In this document: in pieces, positions 25,101 through 32,000 of the stretch
How the letters are laid out: the number at the start of each line of letters is the position of its first letter
How positions within the stretch are numbered: position 1 is the first letter of the stretch
Source: an uncultured Acidobacteriota bacterium
Lineage (GTDB): Bacteria; Acidobacteriota; Vicinamibacteria; Vicinamibacterales; CAVVIG01
Direction: 5' to 3'
DNA length: 32,000 bases
Assembly (NCBI GenBank): GCA_963724725.1
Contig: CAVRVT010000004.1
Coordinates: forward strand, 3,048,892 to 3,080,891
Position numbers and translations under genes: made by a program
The notes under the pieces: generated by a model
Told to the model about the DNA's origin: nothing
The model's input: the letters and a program-made list of their open reading frames with translations, nothing else
Databases searched by the model: none

Positions 25101-25631
25101 TCAGGAGATCTTCGTGAAAACGCGCGTGGTCTTCCGGCCGGTGTCGTCGGTGTAGGTCAGCGAGACGACGTCGGCAGTCGACGATGTCGTTTTGGCGCCC
25201 GCGGTGGTGTCTGACCCTGAACTGCTGGCCAGCTGCAGCGCAACTTTCTTCCCATCGTCGAAGCGCAGGGTGAGCTGCGTCCGGACTTTTTCGATGTGGG
25301 TCACGGTCGCTTCGCTCACGTTCGCCTGGTCGTCTTCGTCCGCGGCCGCGGGCTCGGCGGGCGGAAATCCCTTGCGCACAACGACGGTCGTGCCTTCGAG
25401 GAGACCGCCGAGCGGATCGACGAGCGGTGCTTTCGCGCCGAACTTGTCTTTGATCGCGCGGACACCCCGCACAACGCCTTCGGCCGCCGCTTCGCCCGCG
25501 TCGTAGAGCTTGTCGTTGCCCGAGGGAATGGCCATCGCCCCGGGACGGGGGACGGGTGGCGCCATCTGCGCGAAAGCGGACGTCGCCGCGGCGACGCAAA
25601 GAACGACGGCGACGAGAAGCGTTCGAACCAT
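25101..25631 (-). CDS. secreted hypothetical protein, first gene of the PQQ-dehydrogenase operon
   Basis: ORF 25101..25652. ATG 25631 gives the signal MVRTLLVAVVLCVAAATSAFAQ. The stop lies 12 nt before the cytochrome start. I recognise no domain. Confidence 0.6.
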   Translation of the reverse strand: MVRTLLVAVVLCVAAATSAFAQMAPPVPRPGAMAIPSGNDKLYDAGEAAAEGVVRGVRAIKDKFGAKAPLVDPLGGLLEGTTVVVRKGFPPAEPAAADEDDQANVSEATVTHIEKVRTQLTLRFDDGKKVALQLASSSGSDTTAGAKTTSSTADVVSLTYTDDTGRKTTRVFTKIS

Positions 25632-25711
25632 GCCTGAGACGATGATGCCCAAAATATTCTAAAGAATCAACGGTTTCGCTTGCAGGTACCCGTGTTGCAT
25701 CGCCTCGAGGT

Positions 25712-26539
25712 ATGCCACGAGCACTGTGGAAGGGTTCGCTCGCTTTCGGACTGGTCAACATTCCAGTCGAGCTTCACACCGCCGTCCGGGATCACCGGCC
25801 CAGGTTCCGTCTGCTCCACGCGAAGGACAAGTCGCCCATCCGCTTCGAGCGCGTCTGCATCCGCGACGGTCACCCGGTCGCATGGGAGGACCTGGTCAAG
25901 GGCTACGAGCTGTCGAAGGGTCAATTCGTGGTCCTGACGCGTGACGACTTCAAGGCGGCAGCCGTCGAGAAGACGAAGACCGTGGACATCATCGACTTCG
26001 TGAAGGCCGACGCCATCGACGATCGGTTTTTCGAAGTGCCGTACTACCTGCTGCCCGTTCGCGGCGGCGAACGATCGTACGCGCTGTTGCGCGAGGCGAT
26101 GCGCGAGTCGGGTTGTATCGGCATCGCGAAGTTCGTGCTGCGCGATCAGCAGCATCTCGCGGCGGTTGAAGTGATTGGCGACGCCCTCGTCCTGACCGTC
26201 ATGCGCTTTGCGGACGAGTTGGTGGACGTCACCCGGTTCGACTTGCCGCGCGCCGAGGTTCGCAAGCCGGAGCTCGCGATGGCGAGAACGCTCATCGGCA
26301 ACCTCGAAGCCAAATGGGACCCTTCGAAGTACTCCGATCAGTATCGGGAGAATCTCCTGCGAATCATCCGCGGGAAGGCGAAGGGGAAGACGGTGAGACT
26401 CGACACCGCGGAGGAAGAGCGTCCTGCGAACGTCGTGGACCTGATGGAACGCCTGCGTCAAAGCCTCGAAGGTTCGAAGGGTAACCGGCGAACCTCTCGA
26501 ACCCCGCGAACCAGGTCGAAGCGACATCGAGCAGCCTAG
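25712..26539 (+). CDS. ku: Ku protein (non-homologous end joining)
   Basis: 275-aa ORF. MPRALWKGSLAFGLVNIPVELHTA.. is the canonical bacterial Ku N-terminus. It also has YYLLP and a basic C-terminal tail. Confidence 0.9.
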   Translation: MPRALWKGSLAFGLVNIPVELHTAVRDHRPRFRLLHAKDKSPIRFERVCIRDGHPVAWEDLVKGYELSKGQFVVLTRDDFKAAAVEKTKTVDIIDFVKADAIDDRFFEVPYYLLPVRGGERSYALLREAMRESGCIGIAKFVLRDQQHLAAVEVIGDALVLTVMRFADELVDVTRFDLPRAEVRKPELAMARTLIGNLEAKWDPSKYSDQYRENLLRIIRGKAKGKTVRLDTAEEERPANVVDLMERLRQSLEGSKGNRRTSRTPRTRSKRHRAA

Positions 26540-26638
26540 GTCGTCGGATACGTCGTGGTGACGATTGGCGCCGCCCTCGCCGGCTTCGTCCAGTTCGACT
26601 CACCGCCGCCGGACAGTAAGCGCGAAGACTCCTCCGAC

Positions 26639-26662
26639 GGAGCGCGAGGCCTCAGCCGGGCG
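26639..26662 (-). repeat. REP-like 24-nt element, family 1 (inverted, 3 mismatches)
   Basis: GGAGCGCGAGGCCTCAGCCGGGCG is the reverse complement of CGCCCGGCTGAGGCCTCGCGCTCC. Confidence 0.7.
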
Positions 26663-26688
26663 TCGACGCTTCCGGCGAGCGTGAGATA

Positions 26689-27138
26689 ATGACGCGCATG
26701 ACGTTTCTTCGCCCGACCGCCGCGCTCGTCGCTGCGACGGTCGCGATCGCGCTGTTCGCCGCGGGCTGCACGGACGCGCCGGCCACACCATCCCCCAATG
26801 CGCCCTTCAGCCAGACCGATCTGGTCCTCGGCAACGGCGCCACGGCCACGAGCGGCGGCACGCTCACCGTCAACTACACCGGCTGGTTCTACGATGCGAG
26901 TAAGCCGGATTTCAAGGGATTACAGTTCGATTCGTCGATTGGAGTGGCGCCGTTCACGTTCGCGCTTGGCAGCGGGCAGGTCATCAAAGGCTGGGATCAG
27001 GGCGTCCCGGGCATGCGCGAAGGCGGCCAGCGCCGCCTCGTCGTTCCGCCGTTGCTGGCGTACGGCAATACGCGGAGCGGCGTCGTGCCGCCGAACACGA
27101 CACTCGTGTTCGACATCAGTCTCATCAGCGTCCAATAA
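26689..27138 (+). CDS. FKBP-type peptidyl-prolyl cis-trans isomerase, probable lipoprotein
   Basis: 149-aa ORF with a lipobox-like LFAAGC and FKBP blocks VNYTGWF, FDSS, FALGSGQVIKGWDQGVPGMREGGQRRLVVPP and LVFDISLISV. ATG 26698 is an alternative start. Confidence 0.9.
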   Translation: MTRMTFLRPTAALVAATVAIALFAAGCTDAPATPSPNAPFSQTDLVLGNGATATSGGTLTVNYTGWFYDASKPDFKGLQFDSSIGVAPFTFALGSGQVIKGWDQGVPGMREGGQRRLVVPPLLAYGNTRSGVVPPNTTLVFDISLISVQ

Positions 27139-27140
27139 CA

Positions 27141-27214
27141 CATTGCGCATTGCGGATTGCGCACTGCGGATTCCTCGGACGCGGTGCCAATCCCCAATCC
27201 CCAATCCGCAATGG
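27141..27214. repeat. heptamer-array palindromic element, family 2
   Basis: Left-arm heptamers CATTGCG x2, GATTGCG, CACTGCG and GATTCCT occupy 27141-27175. An 11-nt core follows. CCAATCC x3 and GCAATGG occupy 27187-27214. The element lies between convergent stop codons (27138 and 27218). Confidence 0.85.
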
Positions 27215-27217
27215 TGA

Positions 27218-28316
27218 TCAGCGCCCAATGTGGACGCGCATGCCGAAGAAGGCCATGCTCATCTGGTCGTCGACGCCGTCACCGAAGCCGTAGACCAGAT
27301 CGCCCTTGATCTGGGCGATGTTCACCTCGCCGTAGATGGCAATCCAATTGTTCACCCAGGCCTCGACGCCGCCACCTGCCAGCCAACCCCATCCCTGGGT
27401 TTTCTGGCCGAACGACTGCGTGCCGCCCGGCACGACCTGACTGACACCGTTGACGACAATGGTCTTGTCGTTGATGGTCTGGGTCGTGGTGTAGGTCGCC
27501 TCGTGGCGATTGGCACCACCGAGCCCGTACACACGCGTCGGTCCGAACGAGACGCCGCCCTTGCCCACGATCGTGAAGAGACGCGTCTGCACACGGCTGT
27601 CGAACGTATACCCCGTCGGCGTGCCGTTGACCGTCACGTCGGCGGGCCGGAAGTACCCGACCTGCGCAGCCATGAAGCGCGTGATCCAGGTACTCCGCGT
27701 CCAGCGAAAACGCGATGCCGTCATGGGTGTTGAGACACTGTGCGACGTCGCCGCAGGCCTTGTCGGCGACGTCGCCGAAACTCGACCCACCGACGGCGGC
27801 GGAGACCACCAGTCGCTTCGGCGGCGTGCCGTGCATCATCGTCGCTTTGCGCACGGCGCCCGGACCGCGAAGGAGCCACTCGGGCGGCGGCGGCCCCTGC
27901 GCCACGTGGACGGCGATGTTCGGCGTGATATCGATCACAAACGTGGTGACCGATCGCATGATGAAGATGCTGCCGGCGTCGACACGGCTGCAGCCCGGGA
28001 GTGCCGGCGCCGGCTGAAGACCGCGAGCGGCGAGCTGGACCCTGACACGATCGGCGCAACTGTCCACGAACACCAGGATGTCGGAGTCGGGCCGGTTGGG
28101 ACCGACCGACAGCGTCGCATCGCCGTTGGCGTCGGCCGTCCCGTTCGCCGCGGTGGTGCCGTTGAACGTGAGCTCGATCGCCGATCCCGTCGGCGCGCTC
28201 TGAACCATGACCGTCTGCGCCGCGGCGGGGCGGGCGCCCAGAACCGCGCCGAGTGCGACGGCGAGCGCCAGTCGTCGCCCCGGCCGATGAAAGGGGACTT
28301 CGTCGCGAAGGGACAT
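27218..28316 (-). pseudogene. outer-membrane beta-barrel protein with N-terminal globular domain, one frameshift (or assembly indel)
   Basis: The N-terminal part lies in ORF 27279..28322 (signal RRLALAVALGAVLGARPAAAQ; sensible up to ..GIAFSLDAEY). The C-terminal barrel lies in ORF 27218..27790 (WITRFMAAQVGYFRPADV...AWVNNWIAIYGEVNIAQIKG..FFGMRVHIGR). The frames join at 27686-27693. Confidence 0.65.
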
Positions 28317-28362
28317 TGCCACCGATTATGGTTCAGTCACGATCGCGCTGTCATGCGTTCGA

Positions 28363-28783
28363 CTAGGACGGCCGTCGTTTTCGACCTGAACGGCGGGGAC
28401 TTGCGCGCCGGGCGGAGTCGTGCTGCAGGTCCAGACTGCCCACCGCGTGCGGCAGCGCCGAGCGGAGTCGAAGCGGCGCCTTCAAGCGCCAGGACTGCAC
28501 CACGAGTTCGCGAAGCGCATGCCGATCGACCTTCGCCAGATTCACGATGATCGAATCCGTAGCCATCGTAGTGCGGCGTCGTGTAGTAGGCCGGCTCTCC
28601 GGACTCGAGCAGGCGCTGCTTCTCGTCGAGGCTGCACATGAGCACGAGACCGCCTTCGGCTTCAGTCCGGAGACGCGCGAATCCTTTCCCTGCGACCTTC
28701 AGTCCGATCGTCCCGTACCACGTCGCAACTTCGACCGCGGGCAGCGTCCTGGCGATCGCGACGACGTCCTTCCACGTCGGCAT
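28363..28783 (-). pseudogene. MmcQ/YjbR-like small protein, one frameshift (or assembly indel)
   Basis: ATG 28783 gives MPTWKDVVAIARTLPAVEVATWYGTIGLKVAGKGFARL..YYTTPHYDGYG in ORF 28337..29077. The sequence continues sensibly (SIIVNLAKVDRHALRELVVQSWRLKAP) only in ORF 28363..28566. The frames join near AA 28554-28555. Confidence 0.55.
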
Positions 28784-28867
28784 GTCAGGCGCCTCTCGGC
28801 ACTTCGAGTGTGCGTAGATCCGGTCGACGATGGCGCAGCACGGTGTTGACGCCACAATTGTAAGTGC

Positions 28868-29188
28868 GTGTGGCGCCATGGACGCGGGCCCAAGCCGGAT
28901 TTCGTATTTCCGCGTCCAAAGATAAAAGTCGTCGTCTACGAACGACCCGAGCGTTCGTGGGACTTCTGCACCGACGTCCACTGGACCAGGGTTCAGGAAG
29001 TGTGGCGAGCGGTTGCCGGCATCGCGACCGTGCAGGTCGTTCCGAGCGGCCGCAACAGGCCTTCCGAGCCGACGCACACGGCGATCGTCACCATCGACGA
29101 CGCGGAGTTCGTCAGCGCAACCGGCGCGCGGATCAAACAGACGCAGCCGATCCGTTTGACGGCGGCGTTCACGCCCTGGCCTCGCTGA
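28868..29188 (+). CDS. hypothetical protein (106 aa), weak call
   Basis: GTG start and about 80% GC3 by my count. The sequence is non-repetitive (KIKVVVYERPERSWDFCTDVHWTRVQEVW..). It has no SD and no recognised domain. Confidence 0.3.
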   Translation: MWRHGRGPKPDFVFPRPKIKVVVYERPERSWDFCTDVHWTRVQEVWRAVAGIATVQVVPSGRNRPSEPTHTAIVTIDDAEFVSATGARIKQTQPIRLTAAFTPWPR

Positions 29189-29190
29189 AG

Positions 29191-29646
29191 CTACTGCTTG
29201 TCGAAGGCGATCAGGATGTCCACATCGCCCTGTGGCGAGCTGATGTGGATGTTGCTGATGAGCATCTTGCCATCAGGCGAGAGGGTCATCTTGTCGTTGA
29301 ACATCAGACCCACGGCGTCCACCTTGGAGATGACAACGAGCGTGGTGTCGTCCCATTTCGCCGAGCTCTTGACCTCGGCGCCCTGCGATGTGAACATCGT
29401 GTCGCTGCCGTCGGTAGCGTACTTGCGAGTCGTGCTCGCGTCACCCATGTCAGAGCGCTGATCTTCGACGATGGTCAGCGCGGGTTCCGCATGCGTAATC
29501 GTTCGGCGGATCGAAGCCGGCGGCGGGAGCACGCCGAAGTCGCTTTTCGCCGGGTTCATCTTCCACTCACCCGAGAAATTCGGCTTCGACGGCGCCTGCC
29601 CGCCGACCGCGATCACGAACGCGAGGATGGTTCCGAGAACGTTCAT
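29191..29646 (-). CDS. small secreted lipocalin-like hypothetical protein
   Basis: ORF 29191..29655. GGGAGGG lies upstream, and the signal is MNVLGTILAFVIAVGGQA. The motif FSGEWKMNPAKSDF resembles small beta-barrel proteins I associate with Acidobacteria. Confidence 0.65.
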   Translation of the reverse strand: MNVLGTILAFVIAVGGQAPSKPNFSGEWKMNPAKSDFGVLPPPASIRRTITHAEPALTIVEDQRSDMGDASTTRKYATDGSDTMFTSQGAEVKSSAKWDDTTLVVISKVDAVGLMFNDKMTLSPDGKMLISNIHISSPQGDVDILIAFDKQ

Positions 29647-29729
29647 CACGGGCACGTACCCTCCCTGCCGGCGACTGCCGTCGGCCAGGTTTGTACCTCA
29701 GACGGAGGGCGTGCGCAAAGGTTCAAGCC

Positions 29730-29978
29730 CTACCGGAGGACCTTGACGTACCCGAACATGATGAACTGTCCGGCCCACAGGATCGAAGAAGAGTTGTTGG
29801 GGGAACGATCGAGCGGTTCCGACAAATCCCACTGTCCAAACGCCACGGTGGCGCTCGAGAGTGGTCCGTTGGCCTCGTCATCGTCCCCGTGATGGTGATC
29901 GGATTTCTGCAGCGGCCCCTGGCCCAGCTGCTGACCTGGTCCCTTGGCGCTGGCATTCGCGTCCGACCTAAAGCAACT
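29730..29978 (-). other. coding-looking open frame without an in-frame start (His/Asp-rich, 75+ codons)
   Basis: The minus-strand frame reads NASAKGPGQQLGQGPLQKSDHHHGDDDEANGPLSSATVAFGQWDLSEPLDRSPNNSSSILWAGQFIMFGYVKVLR* with about 73% GC3. The only ATG (29956) is 1 nt out of frame. It is not in the ORF track. Confidence 0.25.
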
Positions 29979-29989
29979 TCAAGCCTGGA

Positions 29990-31792
29990 CTAATCGATTC
30001 CGAAGGCCAGCAGCACGTTGCCGGGTCGGCCAAGGTGATCGCCGTATCCCGAGTTGAGATACAACATCCCGCCGACAATCGTCGGTCCCGGTCCCTGGAT
30101 GGCGCCACCGCCCGCGCGGACGCCGTTGAGCGTCTCGAATTTTCGGTTGGTGTCGAATTCCCAGATGACGCTGCCGTCCGTCGTCGAATGCGCCCGGAGC
30201 GCGCCGTCGTTCGATCCGGAAAACAGGACGCCAGGGATCAGGGTCGGTGCCGAGATCAGTGCCGCGCTGCAGCCGGCGCCGCCCTCGCATTTGAGCGGCA
30301 ACGGCGCCACGTACCACGCGCGCTCCCCGGTTGTCAGGCTGACGGCGTGCAACCCTCCCGGTTTCGGCGTGCGAATGTCGGAGACCGGAAAATACGCCCG
30401 CTCGCCGTCGACGGCAGCCCCCCACTGGATGCCACCCCAGATCGATCCCTCACCGGCGCGGTACTGCCAGATGATCTCGCCCGCCTTGTCCGGATCAATC
30501 GCGAATGTCATCCCCGACTTCTGTCCGACGACGATCACGTCGCGTCCGTCAGGACGGGTGACCAGCATCGCGGGCGTGCCGATGTCGGCGTCCGGCCCCG
30601 GCTTTTCACCGCAGTTGGCGCCGCCGGCGCGGCAACCGAAGACGTCCTGCGCGGTCATCTGCCTGATCCACTTGATGGCGCCGGACGCCGGATCGACGGC
30701 GACGATGGCGTCGGCCGTCGGCTGGGCCGGCGCGCTGTACGTATTGCCCGTTGCGGCGTAGATCAGGTTTCGTTTCTCGTCGATCGTCGGCGCAGCCCAG
30801 ATGCCGACGCCCGCGGGGCCCCACAACGTGACGCCGGCCGCATTCTTCCCGACCGCCTGCGCCTCGGGCACCGTGAACGTCCGCCACAGCACGTCACCGG
30901 TTGTCGCGTCGAGCGCGTTCAGGCTGCCGCGAAACGTGCAGCACTGATAACCCTGCTGCCCCGCCGCGGTTTCCTCGATCGACGCAACCGGAACGAACAG
31001 TCGTCCTCGAAAGAGCGTCGGCGATCCGGTGATGCGCGCATGGGGATGTATGTCCATTGCGCGCGACCAGAGGACGCCGCCGGTGGCCGCGTCGAGCGCG
31101 TAGACGTTCGCGCCCGTGTCGCCGACATACACCGCGTAGCCATCGGCGTCGGAACGCCGGCCGAATGCAGGTGCCGTGCGGACGCCGCTCTTCGCCGTGA
31201 ACGTCCAGTAGATACAGCCGGTCTTCGCGTCGAGCGAGTAGACCGTTCCGTTCTGGCTGCCGACGAACAATCGCCCGCCCGCCACCGTCGGTTGCGACCA
31301 GGCAGATGTCGCGTCGGGAAATCCAAACGCCCACTTGAGGGAAAGCTTCGGCACCTGATCGGCCGTCAATCCCGCTTGTTGCGCGGGCTGGAATCGAGTG
31401 TTGGTCGGCGATGGCGACCACCCCGCCCATGACGGACTCGCGTCGGGATCGCCAATCGTCGTCGCGGACGCGCATCGGCCCATCGAGGCGCCTGTGATGT
31501 CGCCGCCGGGAAGACGCCCGCTCAAGTATTCGGCAACCGCGCGGCGCTCGGCGCCGGTGAGGCGAGCGCCCTGCGGCCGCATGCCGCCCGCAGTGAGTGA
31601 AGACAAGATGGCTTCGGGTGATCGCTGTTCGAGCAGCTCGGGCTTCGGCGCACGCGATCCCTCGGCGCCGTCATGACATGACGCGCAGTCGCGCGCGAAG
31701 ATCGCGGCACCATCCGGCGTCTGCGCCGAAATCCTGAGCGTAACCGCCGCCGTCAGGAAGGCGGCGGCAAGGAAGCACGTGGCGATCTTCAA
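29990..31792 (-). CDS. quinohemoprotein: N-terminal cytochrome c + PQQ beta-propeller (polyvinyl-alcohol-dehydrogenase-like)
   Basis: 600-aa ORF with a TTG start 7 nt after the cupin stop and a signal peptide. It has heme motif CASCH, PQQ-propeller repeats (LWS/YALDAATG..) and the vicinal pair YQCCTF. Confidence 0.85.
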   Translation of the reverse strand: MKIATCFLAAAFLTAAVTLRISAQTPDGAAIFARDCASCHDGAEGSRAPKPELLEQRSPEAILSSLTAGGMRPQGARLTGAERRAVAEYLSGRLPGGDITGASMGRCASATTIGDPDASPSWAGWSPSPTNTRFQPAQQAGLTADQVPKLSLKWAFGFPDATSAWSQPTVAGGRLFVGSQNGTVYSLDAKTGCIYWTFTAKSGVRTAPAFGRRSDADGYAVYVGDTGANVYALDAATGGVLWSRAMDIHPHARITGSPTLFRGRLFVPVASIEETAAGQQGYQCCTFRGSLNALDATTGDVLWRTFTVPEAQAVGKNAAGVTLWGPAGVGIWAAPTIDEKRNLIYAATGNTYSAPAQPTADAIVAVDPASGAIKWIRQMTAQDVFGCRAGGANCGEKPGPDADIGTPAMLVTRPDGRDVIVVGQKSGMTFAIDPDKAGEIIWQYRAGEGSIWGGIQWGAAVDGERAYFPVSDIRTPKPGGLHAVSLTTGERAWYVAPLPLKCEGGAGCSAALISAPTLIPGVLFSGSNDGALRAHSTTDGSVIWEFDTNRKFETLNGVRAGGGAIQGPGPTIVGGMLYLNSGYGDHLGRPGNVLLAFGID

Positions 31793-31799
31793 GCCGGAG

Positions 31800-32000
31800 C
31801 TATTTGCGCGACGCCTGAGCGTTGTATTGCTGATCGGTCACCGGTTCCAGCCACTTGACGTCGCCTTCGTAGATCGTCAGCTGCAGCGCGTCCTGGTCGG
31901 GCGCCGCGCCGTGCCAATGCTCGACGCCCGCGGCCGTCCACCATGGCTGCCCCGGCCCCATCTCCTGAACCGAACCGCCGCGCACCTGCGTGCGCGCCTT
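31800..32000 (-). CDS. cupin-domain protein, 3' part (5' end outside window)
   Basis: The frame stays open to the window edge. ..GGSVQEMGPGQPWWTAAGVEHWHGAAPDQDALQLTI is the second cupin motif (P-x-G-x-x-H-W-H-G-A). Confidence 0.6.
   Translation of the reverse strand, partial: KARTQVRGGSVQEMGPGQPWWTAAGVEHWHGAAPDQDALQLTIYEGDVKWLEPVTDQQYNAQASRK

Noticed and set aside
25101-25631. Lanmodulin-like or EF-hand lanthanide-binding protein upstream of the PQQ dehydrogenase.
   Set aside because: The acidic patch AADEDDQAN is short and I see no D-x-D-x-D-G EF-hand loops. The protein stays a hypothetical.
29691-29993. ORFs 29691..29993 (+) and 29723..29956 (-) as genes.
   Set aside because: Both translate to Arg/Ser/Pro-rich sequence. 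The neighbouring minus-strand frame looks more coding-like but lacks a start, and is reported separately.
1-32000. Genomic island, prophage or defence island.
   Set aside because: I see no integrase, transposase, tRNA target, phage gene or compositional break. The only conflict-system-like gene is the lone SLATT-like ORF.

Overview
High-GC (roughly two-thirds G+C by eye) chromosomal segment with about 30 protein-coding genes. I see no rRNA, tRNA, CRISPR array, integrase or transposase. The gene content suggests a soil Acidobacteriota-like bacterium (inference): a giant CarboxypepD_reg/TonB-dependent-receptor-like outer-membrane protein followed by a TIGR03436-type VWA protein, small secreted lipocalin-like proteins, and PQQ quinoproteins with c-type cytochromes. 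Main blocks in order: exported PLP enzyme and amidase (317-3309); an orphan SLATT-like 2-TM protein (3479-3976); a DMT transporter; a cytochrome-c::PHM-like copper monooxygenase with an Ig-domain partner (4958-7602); a STAS-like/OMP/VWA operon (8337-14164); a five-gene co-directional envelope/lipid cluster on the minus strand (21314-14130: cfa-like methyltransferase, GGR-like flavoprotein, lysine-aminotransferase-like::GNAT-like fusion, BI-1, GT-C-like membrane protein); Dps; a PQQ alcohol dehydrogenase operon with a lanthanide-type D-Y-D motif; Ku; FKBP; a beta-barrel OMP; and a PVADH-like quinohemoprotein flanked by a cupin. Non-genic structure includes two unrelated intergenic repeat families (a 24-nt REP-like element with at least 9 copies, and heptamer-array palindromes with 2 copies), an alternative-pairing RNA element that can mask a Shine-Dalgarno, and in-frame tandem repeats. 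At least six genes are broken or separated from their start codon by single-nucleotide indels, some at short homopolymers. Either the assembly carries indel errors or pseudogenes are accumulating. No complete, recognisable defence or mobile system is present. The most novel candidates are the heme-copper monooxygenase pair, the methyltransferase/reductase/aminotransferase-GNAT cluster and the orphan SLATT gene.
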